This document shows positions 29,622 through 44,200 of a DNA stretch of 64,000 bases, in pieces. This DNA is from Blastocystis sp. Blastoise (Eukaryota > Protista > Bigyra: Opalinata): contig JBBPEB010000004.1 in NCBI GenBank assembly GCA_039096225.1, forward strand, positions 1,298,364 to 1,362,363, read 5' to 3'. The notes beneath the pieces are model-generated. The model did not search any database, was not told the DNA's origin, and worked only from the letters and a program-made list of their open reading frames with translations. The position numbers and the translations under genes were made by a program. Numbering within the stretch: position 1 is the stretch's first letter; each line of letters starts with the position of its first letter.

Positions 29622-30957
29622 ACATACTAAAGCTTCATGAATGGTTATTAGGTTACCATCTATGTCTCTTTCTGGGACAAAATAATTCATTTCTTTAGCG
29701 AATTGTTTATCCAGGACATAATCAATGAATACTTTTATACCAAGCTCAGAAGTACATAAATCATTTAATTTAAAATCATTATTATTATATATAGTTTTAT
29801 ATTTTATATTTAGATTATAGTATTTGTCATGAACATCATTTGTATGATGGCAACTTCTGATGAAACTTTGGCAATAAAGAGGATTAACACAATTTGTTCT
29901 TCCAAACCAAGTGGCAAAACAATGTCTATAGGAATAACCTGAGTGATCTTTAGGTATGTTACTAAATAATTTTTTTAATTGATGTTTACAACTATATAGG
30001 TATATAAGTTAATATATATATATATATATATAGATTTAGATAAATATATATATATAGGTGTATACATAGTGGGATAGGTACTATATGTGAATTGGGATGC
30101 TACATAATTACTATTAGTATTTGGTTTTCGTATATATAGGAATAAATTTGTTGTATATTCAATATCATTATCTTTTAAATATTCACATATTTGATTTCTT
30201 ATAATTATATATTTATCATATATCTTTTGAAATTTTTCGCATAAAATATATATATCAGGAAATTTTTTGCCGTCAGAATAAGGAATATTTCCATTCTTAG
30301 ATCCTGTATGTATTATATATATATATTCTTTTTTAGTATTTTCATTTCTATATTTCTTTAGGTTTTCAAATAATTTCAAATTATATATATCATTATTTCT
30401 AAGTGGACAGCCTGTGCAAGTCTGAAGGAGATACATCATAAGAATCGTAATAGTATGAAATTTTTTTATATATATATCATTAATATTTTTCTTATTATTA
30501 ATTTCTTCTATATATATATTAATTTTTTCAAATAATGTTCTAATTATATTGTAGTAATCTTGTAAAGAGATAAGAGCTTCCATTTTCTTTTTCTTATTCA
30601 AATCCTCAAAAGCTTTACTATCATTTTTACTAATGAAATTGCTATCTGTAATCATAACTGAAGACTTGTGAGTAATATATGTTAGTGTTTCTTTTATTAT
30701 ATCTTTCATTTTATTATCTATATATACATTTTTTCTTTCTATATAGGTAATTATAGATCTTATCTCTTGTATTCTATTATGAAGGGTTTTTGGACAATTT
30801 GATCTGGGCAGAATATTTAGAGTAACGTATTTATATATAAAATCAGGAAATAGTAAAATATTCAAACCATAATGATCAAGTTCTTCCTGATATAATACAA
30901 AAGCAAAATTGATTATATCACAAATACTAAGCATAATTTCATAACTATATATATATA

Positions 30958-30992
<35 letters not shown>

Positions 30993-31311
30993 GATACAAA
31001 ATTTGTTTCTCAGATAGAGAATATATAGATATATCCGGTATTTTATCCTCAACCCCGTTTTCATAGAAGTCTCCAGTAATCACAGATTTAATTAAAGGTA
31101 AAGCATATTTTATAAATATTTTTGTATTTGTATCCATTAGTAGAATTCTTTTTCTACTACACTTTCTTTGATATTTCCAATATTTTATTATATTATATAG
31201 GCGACTAATATCATCATCACTTAATCGTTCTGGTAAAAAGCAACCAAGAAGATTTTTATTTATTTCTAATGATTTCTCACCAAGATTTATTTTTTCATTT
31301 AATTTTACAGG

Positions 31312-31390
<79 letters not shown>

Positions 31391-31692
31391 TTCTTAATTC
31401 TTGAATTGTATTTAATGATTCTTCATTATTGTTATTTTTCTTAAGTATCTAGAATTATTATATTTTTAAATGTATATACATATAATATATATATAGATAC
31501 ATATCCTAATTGCAGATATATATAGGTTTGAAGATCCAAATCTTTTACAAGTAGTGGGTTAGTAATAATCTATAAATTAAAATTAAAATAAATATGATTA
31601 TTATTTAAATATATACATGTTTAGTATAGTTTGTATCCGAGTTCAAAATTAAATTACACAAATTATTCATAAAATCCTGTATATATATATTA

Positions 31693-31728
<36 letters not shown>

Positions 31729-32095
31729 GATTTTAAATATACTTCATTATCATCAAGATTTATTTTGTATTGCTTCAAAAAATTATATATTTCTGATCTT
31801 ATCTATTGAGTATATATATATATAAATCAAAAAATATTATTTTAAAATATATTTATACTTCTTCATCTATTTCATTATTATTCTTAATTATATTTTGAAT
31901 ATCTATATATCGTATGAATTATAATAATAATAATGCATTTAATATATAAACAATTATTACTTGATAATGTATATAGAAATGTTTTGAGTTCTTCTGAACT
32001 TATTAGAATTTCTTCATCATCTTCTTCTTCATTATTTTTAATTGCTAGTGGTATATAGTCTATTTTATTCTTATTTGATATCATTTTCCCATTAT

Positions 32096-32159
<64 letters not shown>

Positions 32160-33741
32160 GTGAGTCTATATCAATTACATTATCTTGAATTTCGTCATTA
32201 TTCTTGTTAGAATTGAATTTATAAGATTGATTATTATTTATCTTAATAGAATCATATTCTTTATTATCTATAGATTTCTTTTTTATTTTTATATTTTTAT
32301 GTAGAATCGGTGAAAGAAATGATGCTTCAATAGGAAATTCATGACAAGCAGGTAATTGTTTATTTATAGAATTGGGATTACATTGATTATTTAAATTATT
32401 ATTAGATATAGTAGATTTAATAGAATTATTAGAAATTGATATAGGTGGAGAAGGAGATGAATGAAAATTATTGATAGATGAATTATTATTATGATTATTA
32501 TTAAAAGTTGATATAGGTGGAGAAGGAAATGAATGAAATTTATTGATAGATAAATCATTATTATTATTATTAGAAATTGATATAGGTGGAGATAGAGATG
32601 AATGAGATTTATTGATAGATGAATTATGATTATGATTATTATTAAAAATTGATATAGGTGGAGAAGGAGATGTATGAAATTGATTAATAGATGAATTATT
32701 ATTATTATGATTATTATTAAAAATTGATATAGGTGGAGAAGGAGATGATATAGAAGATGGAGATGAATTAAATTTATTGATAGATGAATTATTATTATGA
32801 TTATTATTAAAAATTGATATAGGTGGAGAAGGAGATGAATGAAAATTATTAATAGATGAATTATTATTATGATTATTATTAAAAATTGATATAGGTGGAG
32901 AAGGAGATGATATAGAAGGAGATGAATTAAATTGAATAGAATGAATAGAAGGAGATGAATGAAAATTATTGATAGATGAATTATTATTACGATTATTATT
33001 AAAAATTGATATAGGTGGAGAAGGAGATGATATAGAAGATGAAGATGAATTAAATTTATTGATAGATGAATTATTATTATTATGATTATTATTAAAAATT
33101 GATATATGTGGAGAAGGAGATGATATAGAAGGTGAAGATAAATTAAATTGAATAGAATGAATAGAAGGAGATGATATAGAAGGTGAGTAATATAGATCAC
33201 TATTCATATATAATGGATTAGGGTCTTTAGATAAAGGACTAGGAGGAAAAGAAGAAGAAGAAGAATCATCGATTAAAATTGTATTAACTATATATATTAT
33301 TTATGAAATGAAAATTATATTATTATTAATGTATATATATATATATATATTACAATTATTATTTAATATTTTTTTATTTTGTTTTTGAAATTTATTGTTA
33401 TTTGAAGATGAGATTTCTATTTATTATAATATTATTATAGTATATATATACTTTTTTTAGGTGTACTTGATTGACGAGTTTTTTCATAAGTAGAATCAAT
33501 AGATAATTGTTGAGTTTCTAGTATATCATTTTTAAAACGATTGTTATTTTTTTTGATTTTATTATTTTTAGTATTCGCTATAATTTTATTAATTGATATA
33601 TAGATTTATTAATAATAATATATAAAATATTTTGATATTAGATACAATCAAATTGATTAATACTTATTTGGTTTTGCTATATAAAAATAAATAATTTATT
33701 TATCATGTATTATGTATATTATATCATACAATTCTTTTCAT
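26562..33741 (-). CDS. Multi-exon (~24 exons, ~1,850 aa) protein with central tyrosine recombinase domain, S/P/N-rich repeats and a globular C-terminal domain
   Basis: Manual splicing at GT..AG introns (e.g. 33417-33451, 33288-33353, 32100-32157, 29992-30065, 29150-29451) joins the 370-, 66-, 74-, 319-, 66-, 470- and 69-aa minus ORFs without stops to TAA at 26562-26564. Motifs: TGCPLRNND, GSKN, YSYRHCFAT, CHHTNDVHDKYY. The ATG at 33741 and first two tiny exons are tentative. Confidence 0.85.
29163..29450. repeat. (GAATAT)n microsatellite inside the longest recombinase intron
   Basis: Hexamer run within intron 29150-29451; duplicated at ~52591-52878. Confidence 0.9.
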
Positions 33742-33837
33742 TACTATTAAATAAGAAAAATAAATATTGTTATTTATAACTTATTTTTTTCTGAATAGTT
33801 TTTTTTAATCAATTATATTTTAATATAAAATAAAAAC

Positions 33838-34043
33838 TGTAAACAAACTGTATATTAACTGTATATTAACTGTATATTAACTGTATATTAACTGTATATT
33901 AACTGTATATTAACTGTATATTAACTGTATATTAACTGTATATTAACTGTATACTAAATAAAATTAAACTGTATATTAACTGTAAATAAACTGTATACTA
34001 AATATAATTAAACTGTATACTAAATAAAATTAAACTGTATACA
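33838..34043. repeat. 11-bp tandem repeat (AACTGTATATT)n upstream of the recombinase gene
   Basis: About 10 contiguous copies plus variants ~100 bp 5' of the tentative ATG; duplicated at ~57179-57385. Confidence 0.9.
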
Positions 34044-37000
34044 AAATTTTTCTGATCAATGAATGGTTTATATATATAGGATTTAAATATATTTTTAAAT
34101 ATAATTATTATATATATATATATGTTTTTATATATCGTACATTATTTTTTTCCAGTTTAACAAATTTAGAATATAAATTTATAAAAACTTAATTATTTGA
34201 AAAATAAAATAATTAATATTAAACCTGTTGATATGATGACAATCAGTATCAGTATCATTTCTATTGTTAATTATATTTATTTTTTATTGATGATTATATA
34301 TATATTGTTTTTTATTTATGTATATAGTATATACTTTATAAGTCAAAAGAATAATATTAAAAATTAATTGAAAAAATTTATAAAAGTATATTATCTATAT
34401 TATGACTTATTCTATTTGAATTTGGTAGTTCTTTGACATATGACACCATTTTATTCTATGTATATAATCTAAAGATTATAAATATATAGATGAGATTCAT
34501 TTAAATATCATATTTCAGGATATAGAGCATAAAATTGTCGATGAAAAATTATAAAAAATCTTGCATCAAAAATCATTTTTTTCAATCATAATTGATCCTA
34601 TCAACTCATTCACACAAATTATAACACTTTTAAAGCTATATTATATATATACATGCTATTTAGATATTTCTTAGTAAATATGTTTCTTTAAAATATACAA
34701 GTCAAAGAAAATCGTTTAAGAAATCGATAGTCTAAAAAATAATATCATAAAAAAAGTCATACCAACATTCATTTATTATATTTCTAGCACTTTTAAATGC
34801 TATATATATTTATGACACTGTTGTTATTCTATAATAAAAGAATTATTATTATTAAATAAAAATTGACTGAGTTATATGACTTTTATTAAAGAGAGGCAAA
34901 AAAAAATTAAAAAAGTTAGATTTCTTCTTTTCATTTTTGATACCCTAGATAATGAATTTTGAAGCAAATCTGTTCGTATGCATTTAATACATGATATAGC
35001 TTAGTAATAACTAAAAATAACAAATTTAGAAGACAAAAAAAAACAACATATTGCATTTTGACCCAATGTCGACTTGTCAAGATAAATCTATTAAAGTATT
35101 ATTTCTTATGTATGGATAATGCTGTATATGAATATAAACGATATAAATTGATTTGATAACTTTAAATAAGTCAAAAGACCCTTTTTTCAATCTTGCCAAA
35201 ACTGATTCATTTTGTACGAAAATTTTATTTTTTTAAATTTCGACTTTTCTCAATGATAGATTGTCGTTATATTATGTTTGACACCAAAAAATATATCTAC
35301 GTTTTATAAACTTTATATCTAGTATGCTTTTATATTATTATTCTTAAAATGGAAGACACTATTACAATAACAAGAATAAAAAACTGATTGATCATGATTT
35401 TTAAATAATCAAGGCTACTGACCTCAGTTTTGAACTAATATGTCTTAAATATACAAAATGTGTATCTGTATATTATTCTTGTTCGATATTGGTGTCTTTC
35501 ATATATATTTAATATATTTTTATTGGTAAATGAGTTAAAAGAAACTTGAGTATGCGAATTATTTTTTTCTAAAAATTTCAGTTTTTTAAATCTCATTCGT
35601 AAGTACTCATTTAAGTTATATTTAAAAATTATGAATATACATATGTGTACTAGATCCTTATTACTATCTATTTGATATACATATATGTTTGAATAAGGAC
35701 CTTTTTCAAAACTGATGCAAATGCTGACTTGAATAGAAAAGTATAAGTGTGTTATTCTAAACACATATCATATGTATTTTAGTTTAATACACATTTTAGA
35801 AAGTATTTGGCACAGCATTCTCATTTCGAAATGTTAATTTTTCACTTTTAAAGAATCTAGTTGTAAGAAAATGTTCTACAGGTCAAAATATCTACAAAAA
35901 GTAAAAAAATGTGAATATTAATATTGTTTAATAGTGACTAAAAAGAAAATAAAAGTAAATTGAAAAACAAATTATTTAAATAAAAAATAGAAAATAAAGA
36001 ATTCTAAGAGATTTTAAGAATTCTAAAAGAAATGAAGAGAAAAATATTTTAAAAATTTTAGAGTCATTTCAAAAATCAAAAATTTAATTAGAAAAAACAA
36101 TATTTTTAAATGAAATATAGCTTGTTTTCAATACATTATTATGTTATATGTAATCTTATATTTAGTAAAAGCTCGTTTAAACAGTCATAGATACCTATAT
36201 AAATTTATATGAAAAGTCATTCTTATATTATTTTTCTTAATTAATTATATGACTTTTTTTGAATACAATATTTGACCTCATAATTGAGTATATAATATAT
36301 GTCACATATCAAGTGTATTCAATCAAAACCTAAAAATATATTTTAATTGCTTTGAAGAATAGAAATGACTTTAAGATTTACTTGTTTTGTTATTTTAATA
36401 GAAATTAGATTTTAAACAAAAATATCATACTAATATATAAAAGATGATATGTGATTAAATATGAAAACTATATTTTTGATATTATTTATTATATAATCGT
36501 TGAATGAGAAGAGTTTGTTTCTTTTTCTTTCTTTCAGTTTTTATTCTTATATTTTAATTTCATTAGTTTATGTTATATTGATGATAAATACTATTGTAAG
36601 GTAATTTAAAAAATATATCTTTAAGTATACAATTAAGAAATAATAGGCTCATTCTTGTTAATTTAACTTTCATCAAAATTTTATATATCAAAAAATTGTT
36701 TATTATATATTTTGCTATGTCTATATAGTCATCCACCTTCTTTCACTTTTTTTTCCTTAAATATTTTCTTATTTTCAAATATTAAACAAACAGAATTTAA
36801 ACTCATTCTTAAGACATCCAACATTTGTAAATATATATTTCCTTAAAATATTCACAAGAGTTATTCATTGTTTTAGTTTCATTCAAATCAATATAAAATA
36901 TTTCAATAATTTGTTTTTATTTTCTAATATTCTCTTATAATCAAGTATCAAGTGTTGTTTTACAAATTGACTAATAATCATCTTTTGTATTCATAGACTA

Positions 37001-39879
37001 AACGATATATTATATATTTCTATATCTACTGATAGTGTTTTATTCATGTATGATATTCTTAAATTATTATATATTTTAATTTTAAGATATATTCATTAAA
37101 TTTAATTCTTAATCTTTTTTGTTTTGTTTTATTATCAAAGAATAAAGATATTTTATTTTATATATAACATTGAAACATTAGGGTTAGGAAGCTAAACAAG
37201 TAATTTTTAAATAATAGTTACTAAAGCAAAGACACTTAAACAACACATTTGTTTTATAACAAAAAATATAAAGTTATTTATTTTATATACTCACACCTTA
37301 TTCCAATATACATATTATTATAACATACTAATATACTATAATGAATGATATATTATGTCAATAGTCTCTGATGAAATATCATCATATTTTCAACATAATG
37401 ATAAACAACAATGTATATAAACAATATTCTTTTTTTTTGAAATTTCTTGTAAGTATTAAAGTTAATTATATGTAGTTATTATAGAATAAAAAGATATATA
37501 TCAACAAATAAAGTCATTAATATAGTATTAAAAAGGATGTTTTTGATGAAATATTTTTAGTTTTGAAAATTTTTGGCTTTTTGAAATGACTTTTAATTTT
37601 ATTTTTGAAATATAAAATAAATTAGTATTAAAAAAGAAATTCTTTTAAGAAAATATTTTTGTAAATTATTTTTTTTGACTTTAAGCGTCATGAATTGATT
37701 TTTTAAATATGTGCTACAATAAATATAATTTTTATAAATTTTATTAATAATGATGATTAATAAATTATTAATTAAAAAGCGTTATTTTTTATATACTGAT
37801 AACCAAATACCTATTTTTCTTATTATTTTTATTATATAGAGAGATATAGATGAGAATTTTAATATTCAATAAATATATATATATATATATATATTATTAT
37901 AGAATAGATTCTTATCATTTTGAAATATTTATGTATATATAAGATATAAAAAATAATTATTCTTTGTGTCCTATAAATATATTTTTTATTAAAATGTTCT
38001 AGTGTTATATATTTCAATAAATATTTATATTAAATTATAATACATAAAATCTATATATGTGTTAATATAAAATCACAATAGATCCAAATACTATATTTGT
38101 ATTTATTATATAATGATAATATATATATATATTGTTTTATAAAATATATGTTTTAATTATATTATATATATATATTTATTAAATGAATTTATAATTTATA
38201 TTTGTATTATATGGTTTTTAATTTATATTATATTTATTATAGATTGAATTATTTTATCAATATTTAAGTATTATTGAATGAAAGATAAAAATTATTTTTT
38301 AATTATATTATATATATATATATATAAATTCATTTATTTATTTATATAATAAGCTAACTCTTTTTTTAAATGATATTTATATTTATTTATAATCTATTTT
38401 TATAAATTATTTCTTTATTAGATATTCTATTAATAATATGAAATACGAAATATATATACTAATAATATATTACTCTTTGAATGAAACTTTTGTATTTATT
38501 AAAATTAATTGATTTTTTTTTAATATCTTTAATGCGATATAATTATATAATTATGTGTTATTGATAAAAATGTTTTTATTATAATTAAGTGAAGTTAATA
38601 AAAAAGACGTATATTTCAATTTTAGAAAATATTAGATAATTTGATTCTATAAATTAGATATATAATATATTAATAAAAATAATTTTATTTTTTGAATATA
38701 TATATTAAAAATAATAAATTCTAAATAAATTTCTGATTATATTTTATATAATAATAGTTAGTTTACATTTAATATAATGAATTTTATATAACTATCATTA
38801 TTTAATAATAAATAGTGTTATTTGTTAACGTAAAAAAAAATATATACAAATATTTATTAATTAATGAATATTTATTGTATAATAGATATTTTATTTCTTT
38901 TAATAAAAATAAATATTAATTTATGAATGATATATTTTAATTATCAAAAGTAGTATTGAGAATGATTATAAATGAGAGTTTATATTGAATAGTAATTATA
39001 AAATTATATTTAAATACTTGAATAATATATAAAGATAAATATTATATATGAATTAATCAATTTGTGAAAAATCTGTATTGAATTGTTTAATATTAGGAAT
39101 ACTCATATATAGTTAGTATTATTTTATATATAAATATATAATAGCTAATTATGATAATTATATATATATATATATATAAATTCATTATATATGTAAATAT
39201 ATATTTGAATAATAGAAAAAATAGGATAGAAATTATTTAGTTTATTGTATATTTAAATAATTATAAATATCCATATAATAAAATATTATTATTTTTTCTA
39301 GATATATAAATGAATATAATATATATATTTATATATAGAGAAGTAATAAAATAATAATTATTTGACTTTATTTCTGGTTGTATGAAATATAGAATTCATA
39401 ATGAGTAATAGAATTAGTAATGAATGTTTTATAAATTTTTTTATGCTATGCATTATAATTATGTCAATTATTGCTGATATGATAGAATAATAATGAATAT
39501 AAGTATATATAGGTATATATATAAATATATTATAAAAAGTAATTTAAAAACACAAAAATCTTTTAGTAACATATAAAACTTTTTGAAAAATTGATTTATT
39601 TGATAGTTTGATATGAATAGAAATAAATATTAGAATAAGTCATATGACTATTAATTGATAATATAGAATTTTTAATTAATTTAAATAATTTGTATAATAT
39701 TGACAATTAATCGCGATTATTTAATATTAATAAGATAATTATTACTTTAAGGTATTTTTATAGTCACATTTTAGCTACAGTCACATAATTTTATATATAT
39801 AAAATTTCTATATCAATAAATGGACACTAAAGACGACCTAAGAGTATATGATGTTATATAAGTGTTAATAAAAAGTCTA

Positions 39880-40581
39880 TATATATAATAACACTTTTTA
39901 GAGATAATTAGTCATTTGATATTATTCGAGTGACATTCTACATATTTTTATGAAAAATCATGATTATTATAGAAAGTGATTTATTTTAATAGATAATAAC
40001 AGATTTATGATTATTTACGACAGATAGAGTATAATTAAATATATTCCCGTGATTATTTATAAAAATTGATTATTTTTATAGACAATGATAGATTTATGAT
40101 TATTTATGACCTATAGAGTGATATTTGATAAATTCCCATGATTATTTTATAAAAGGTATAGTTTTAAAGACAATGATAGATTTATGATTATTTATGTGTT
40201 CGAGAGTGATATTTGATAAATTCCCGTGATTATTTTTAAAATTGAGATATTTTAACAGAAAATGATAGATTTATGATCATATACGAAAAAGTAAGTATAG
40301 TCTGACGTAGCTAAGGGATATTTTTGAAAATTAAGGGTTTTATAGATAACAATAGACTTATATACATATATGACAAATAAGTGTAACTATATATATTTTT
40401 GCCATTTTTTATGAATGTTGAGTATGTCATACATAATAATAGATTTATGATTATTTATGACTTATAGAGTGTTATTTGACAAATTCCCATGATTATTTTT
40501 GTAAATTGATTATTCTCATAAAAAATGATAGATTTATGATTATTTATAAGTTGTAGAGTGAAATTTGATAAATTCCCGTGA
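39880..40581. repeat. ~88-bp telomere-adjacent minisatellite
   Basis: AGATTTATGA recurs at ~40001, 40090, 40178, 40267, 40441 and 40530; truncated version at ~63220-63631. Confidence 0.88.
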
Positions 40582-40635
40582 TTAAGGTTAGGGTTAGGGT
40601 TAGGGTTAGGGTTAGGGTTAGGGTTAGGGTTAGGG
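40582..40635 (+). repeat. Interstitial telomeric tract between the two units
   Basis: TTAAGG followed by 8 perfect TTAGGG (40588-40635), then the unit start AAAAAAAAATATAATTAGAGAATAAG. Confidence 0.97.
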
Positions 40636-40737
40636 AAAAAAAAATATAATTAGAGAATAAGTTAATTTATGTTATAAAAATATAATATATTATAAATATA
40701 ATTGGATAAAAAAAGATATTATTGATTTAATTGGTAG

Positions 40738-41235
40738 TCTAGAATCGTAGAATCGTAGAGTCTACGATTGTATGATTGTAGGATTAAATAAACCAATAGA
40801 ATAAGTTTAAAAAAAAATCAACCAAAATAGTATTAGGGTAAAAAAGTGAACCAAAATAGTATTAGGGTAAAAGAATGATAGAATAAAGTGGTAATGTTTT
40901 AAAAGAAGGGTTCTCAAAATTTTATTAGGGTGAAAATAATTAATTTAATTGGTTAAAAAAATAAAATAAAATAATTGGGTATTGTAGAATTGAAAAAAGA
41001 AGAAAATAATTGGATAAAAAAAGATTTATCCAATAAAAATAGAGTTTTTCATTTCTACAATCATAGAATCGTAGAGTCTACGATTCTACGATTGTAGAAT
41101 ATAAGATAATGAATTTGATTGGTAGTCTACAATCGTAGAGTCTACGATTCTACGATTGTAGGATTGTAGGATAATGAATTTGATTGGCTGTCTACAATCC
41201 TAGAATCGTAGACTCTACGATTCTAGGATTGTAGG
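40738..41235. repeat. Palindrome cluster, copy 2
   Basis: Same four sites; the fourth (41191-41235) differs at 41213 and 41226. Confidence 0.92.
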
Positions 41236-44200
41236 ATGAAATAAGCCAATAGAATGAAATAAACAAAAAAAGTCAACCAAAATGTTATTAGGGTAAAAAA
41301 GTGGTTGACCTTTTTGAGAGGCTTTAATATTTTACTTTACTTTTTTGTTTATTTTTTAAATTATAATGGTAATTCTTTTATTTTTATTTATTTAATGAAT
41401 TCTATATATTTATTTTTATTTTTATAATGAAATATTATTTATATTAAATAATAAATAGACGCCATTCTTGGCTTGGGTTTGAATGTGTAGCTATTTATAG
41501 TGTTAGGATACTTGTGGTCTGTTGAAATGTGGTGCTATTCATGGATCTGTTTGAATTACTACGTTTGAAAAGGTTTAAGGTAAGAATGGGAAGATTTTAA
41601 TTAAGTTGAAAGTGATGTTTATGAATGAAAATTCATAACATCACTTTTTCCCATTGTCTTTGTAGTGTTGGTTTTGGTACTTATGATGATAAACTATGTT
41701 CTACGATGATTTTGGATCATTTATGTTGTCTTAGTATCATTGGAATACTTTTTAAGGTATATATTATATTAGACAATTGTGGTGATTATGTATAAATATT
41801 TTATATTATATAGTTATTTTTATATATAAAGTATATATAGGATGAGTTGAGTGTGATTAATGAAGTATTGAGTCTTCTTTGTAAGTATTAGGTATAGAAA
41901 TGATTAAAATAGGTAAAATAAAATATAACAAAAATTCAAAAATTTCTAAACTATTCTTTCAACTAGAGGGTGTTTAACCCTTTAATAAGGTATATATTAT
42001 TTATTTTATTCTATATTATTATTATATAGGTTGTGTGTGTATTGGATATATATATAATATATAATATAAATAAAAAAAACATAATAAAAAAAGAAAAATT
42101 GATTGAATATCATTTTTATTTTTTAATTTTAAAATTTAATTTTTTATATCATAAAATAGTTTTTATAATATAATATGAATACAATTAATGTAAATTAACA
42201 TATATATACTATTTAAATAAATAAAAGTTTTGTTTAAAGACATTTTGTAAAAAACTATGAATTCACTCATGTTGACTTAAATAAACAAAAATGACTTTCG
42301 CTAAGTTATTATAGACTAATAAACATATGTGTATGATAATAACTTGTTTTCTAAACAAAATAGTTTAATAATGTTAAGAATTGTGTGTATAAAAGAATAT
42401 TTAAAAAATGATTATAATAAAATATTGATAATTAAGTCATAAAGTCATTAGAAAGTTGAGTCATGAACAGTTTGAAGATAGTTGAATGAGAGACTTTGAC
42501 AAGATTTGTTTAAAATACTTTATAAAAACATGTTAAATGAATTTATAAAGTGATTATTAATAAGAATTAAACATAATAATAACTTTAAGAAAATAATTAA
42601 TAAGAATGAGAAGATAATGTTTTAGTAAAGTATAAAATAAAAAATATATATGATGACTAGAGATCTTAATAGATATAAAAATGAATAAATAATGAATATT
42701 AAGAGTATCTAAATAATAAATAAATAAAAAGAAGAAGTTTGAAAAGAATGATAAAGTTCTTATTATAATTTTTCTTTTTATTCTTATTTTATTATTTTTA
42801 AATAACATATATTATTCTTTTGAATTAAAATTGATACTATTCATTGAATAATAGTCTATAGTATACACTAGTATGAATAAAAGTTGAAAAATAGAATAAA
42901 ATATTTTTTAAGAATGGATGAATTGTGTGTAAACATAGTTATGTAGTATGCTTACAGTAGTTTAAAATGTTATAATGAATATTTATAATTGAAAAAGATA
43001 ATAAGTTAACTTATTTTATATAAAAATATTTCAATTACTGGTGTTGAAGTGTTGATATACAAGTATTACGATAGTATTTGTATTAAGAGTTGTAAATAAA
43101 GGTAGAAAAGAAAGAAATATTAATTAGAAGACTATATTACTATTTGAAAATCTTTTAATTTTTGTAAATACAAAGAGATTTCTTGATGATTAAATAATTG
43201 AAGATAACTATATATATTACATAATTGATTAGATAAACATTTGAATTCTATATATATAGAATAATAATTATAAATTAAAAGAATAGAATAATTTAAGTCA
43301 GGAATCGAACCTGATATATATATAATATATATATATTCTATCCATTTATAGAAATTAAATATTAAAATAATAATATATTTTAATATATTGAATTCATCTT
43401 CTATATATATATATATAATATAATTATAATATAAAAATTAATTATAAAAAGAATATAATAAAATAAAATATTTAAGCCAGGATTTGAACCTGTATATATA
43501 TATATATATCCATCCATTATGGAGCTTAAATACGATAAACAAAAGTAATTATAAGTATATATGAATAGAAAATAATATATATATATATATAAAATTATAG
43601 AAAAACACAATAAAAGTTACAAGAAAGGAATACCAATGTGAAAGAAAAAAAAAAGGGAAATATTAGAATAAAAAAAGATTATGTATAAATATATATATAT
43701 ATATATATACGAAAGCAACAAAGCTATTAATACACCAAGAGAACAAAATACATAATAAACAAAATATATATTATATAAAATAGTTAATAAAAATAATATA
43801 AAATAGTATAATAAACCACATAAATATGTAAATATAAAAAATAAATATATAATAGATAAAGACAAATATAATAAAAAAAAAATAAAAATATAATATATAT
43901 ATTTACATAAGATACCTAAAATTGTAACCCAATTCATCTCAAATAACATTACAAGACTATAAACAAGACAAAGAATCCAAATAGAAGCAAAAGAAGAAAA
44001 ATATCAAGCACAATGGAGACGATGATCATCTCTTTGATAACAAAAACTATATATAAATACTGTATATAAATAAATAAGATGATAATAAATATATTTATAA
44101 TAATATAAAAGTAAATAAAGAATAAAAAATAATAAAAAAAAAAGAAAAAATAAATAAATAAAAATATACAGGAAAAAGGATATTTTTGATAAAGAAGAGA

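Noticed and set aside
32391-33200. 269-aa I/L/H-rich ORF (and 55835-56644)
   Set aside because: Alternative frame of the repetitive S/P/N exon of the recombinase gene.
27737-33207. 470-, 319- and 370-aa ORFs as separate genes
   Set aside because: Each runs into an (AT)n intron and splices in frame to its neighbours; they are exons of one gene.
35435-35764. 109-aa ORF (and 58777-59106)
   Set aside because: No recognisable motif or splice context; identity between copies reflects the recent duplication only.
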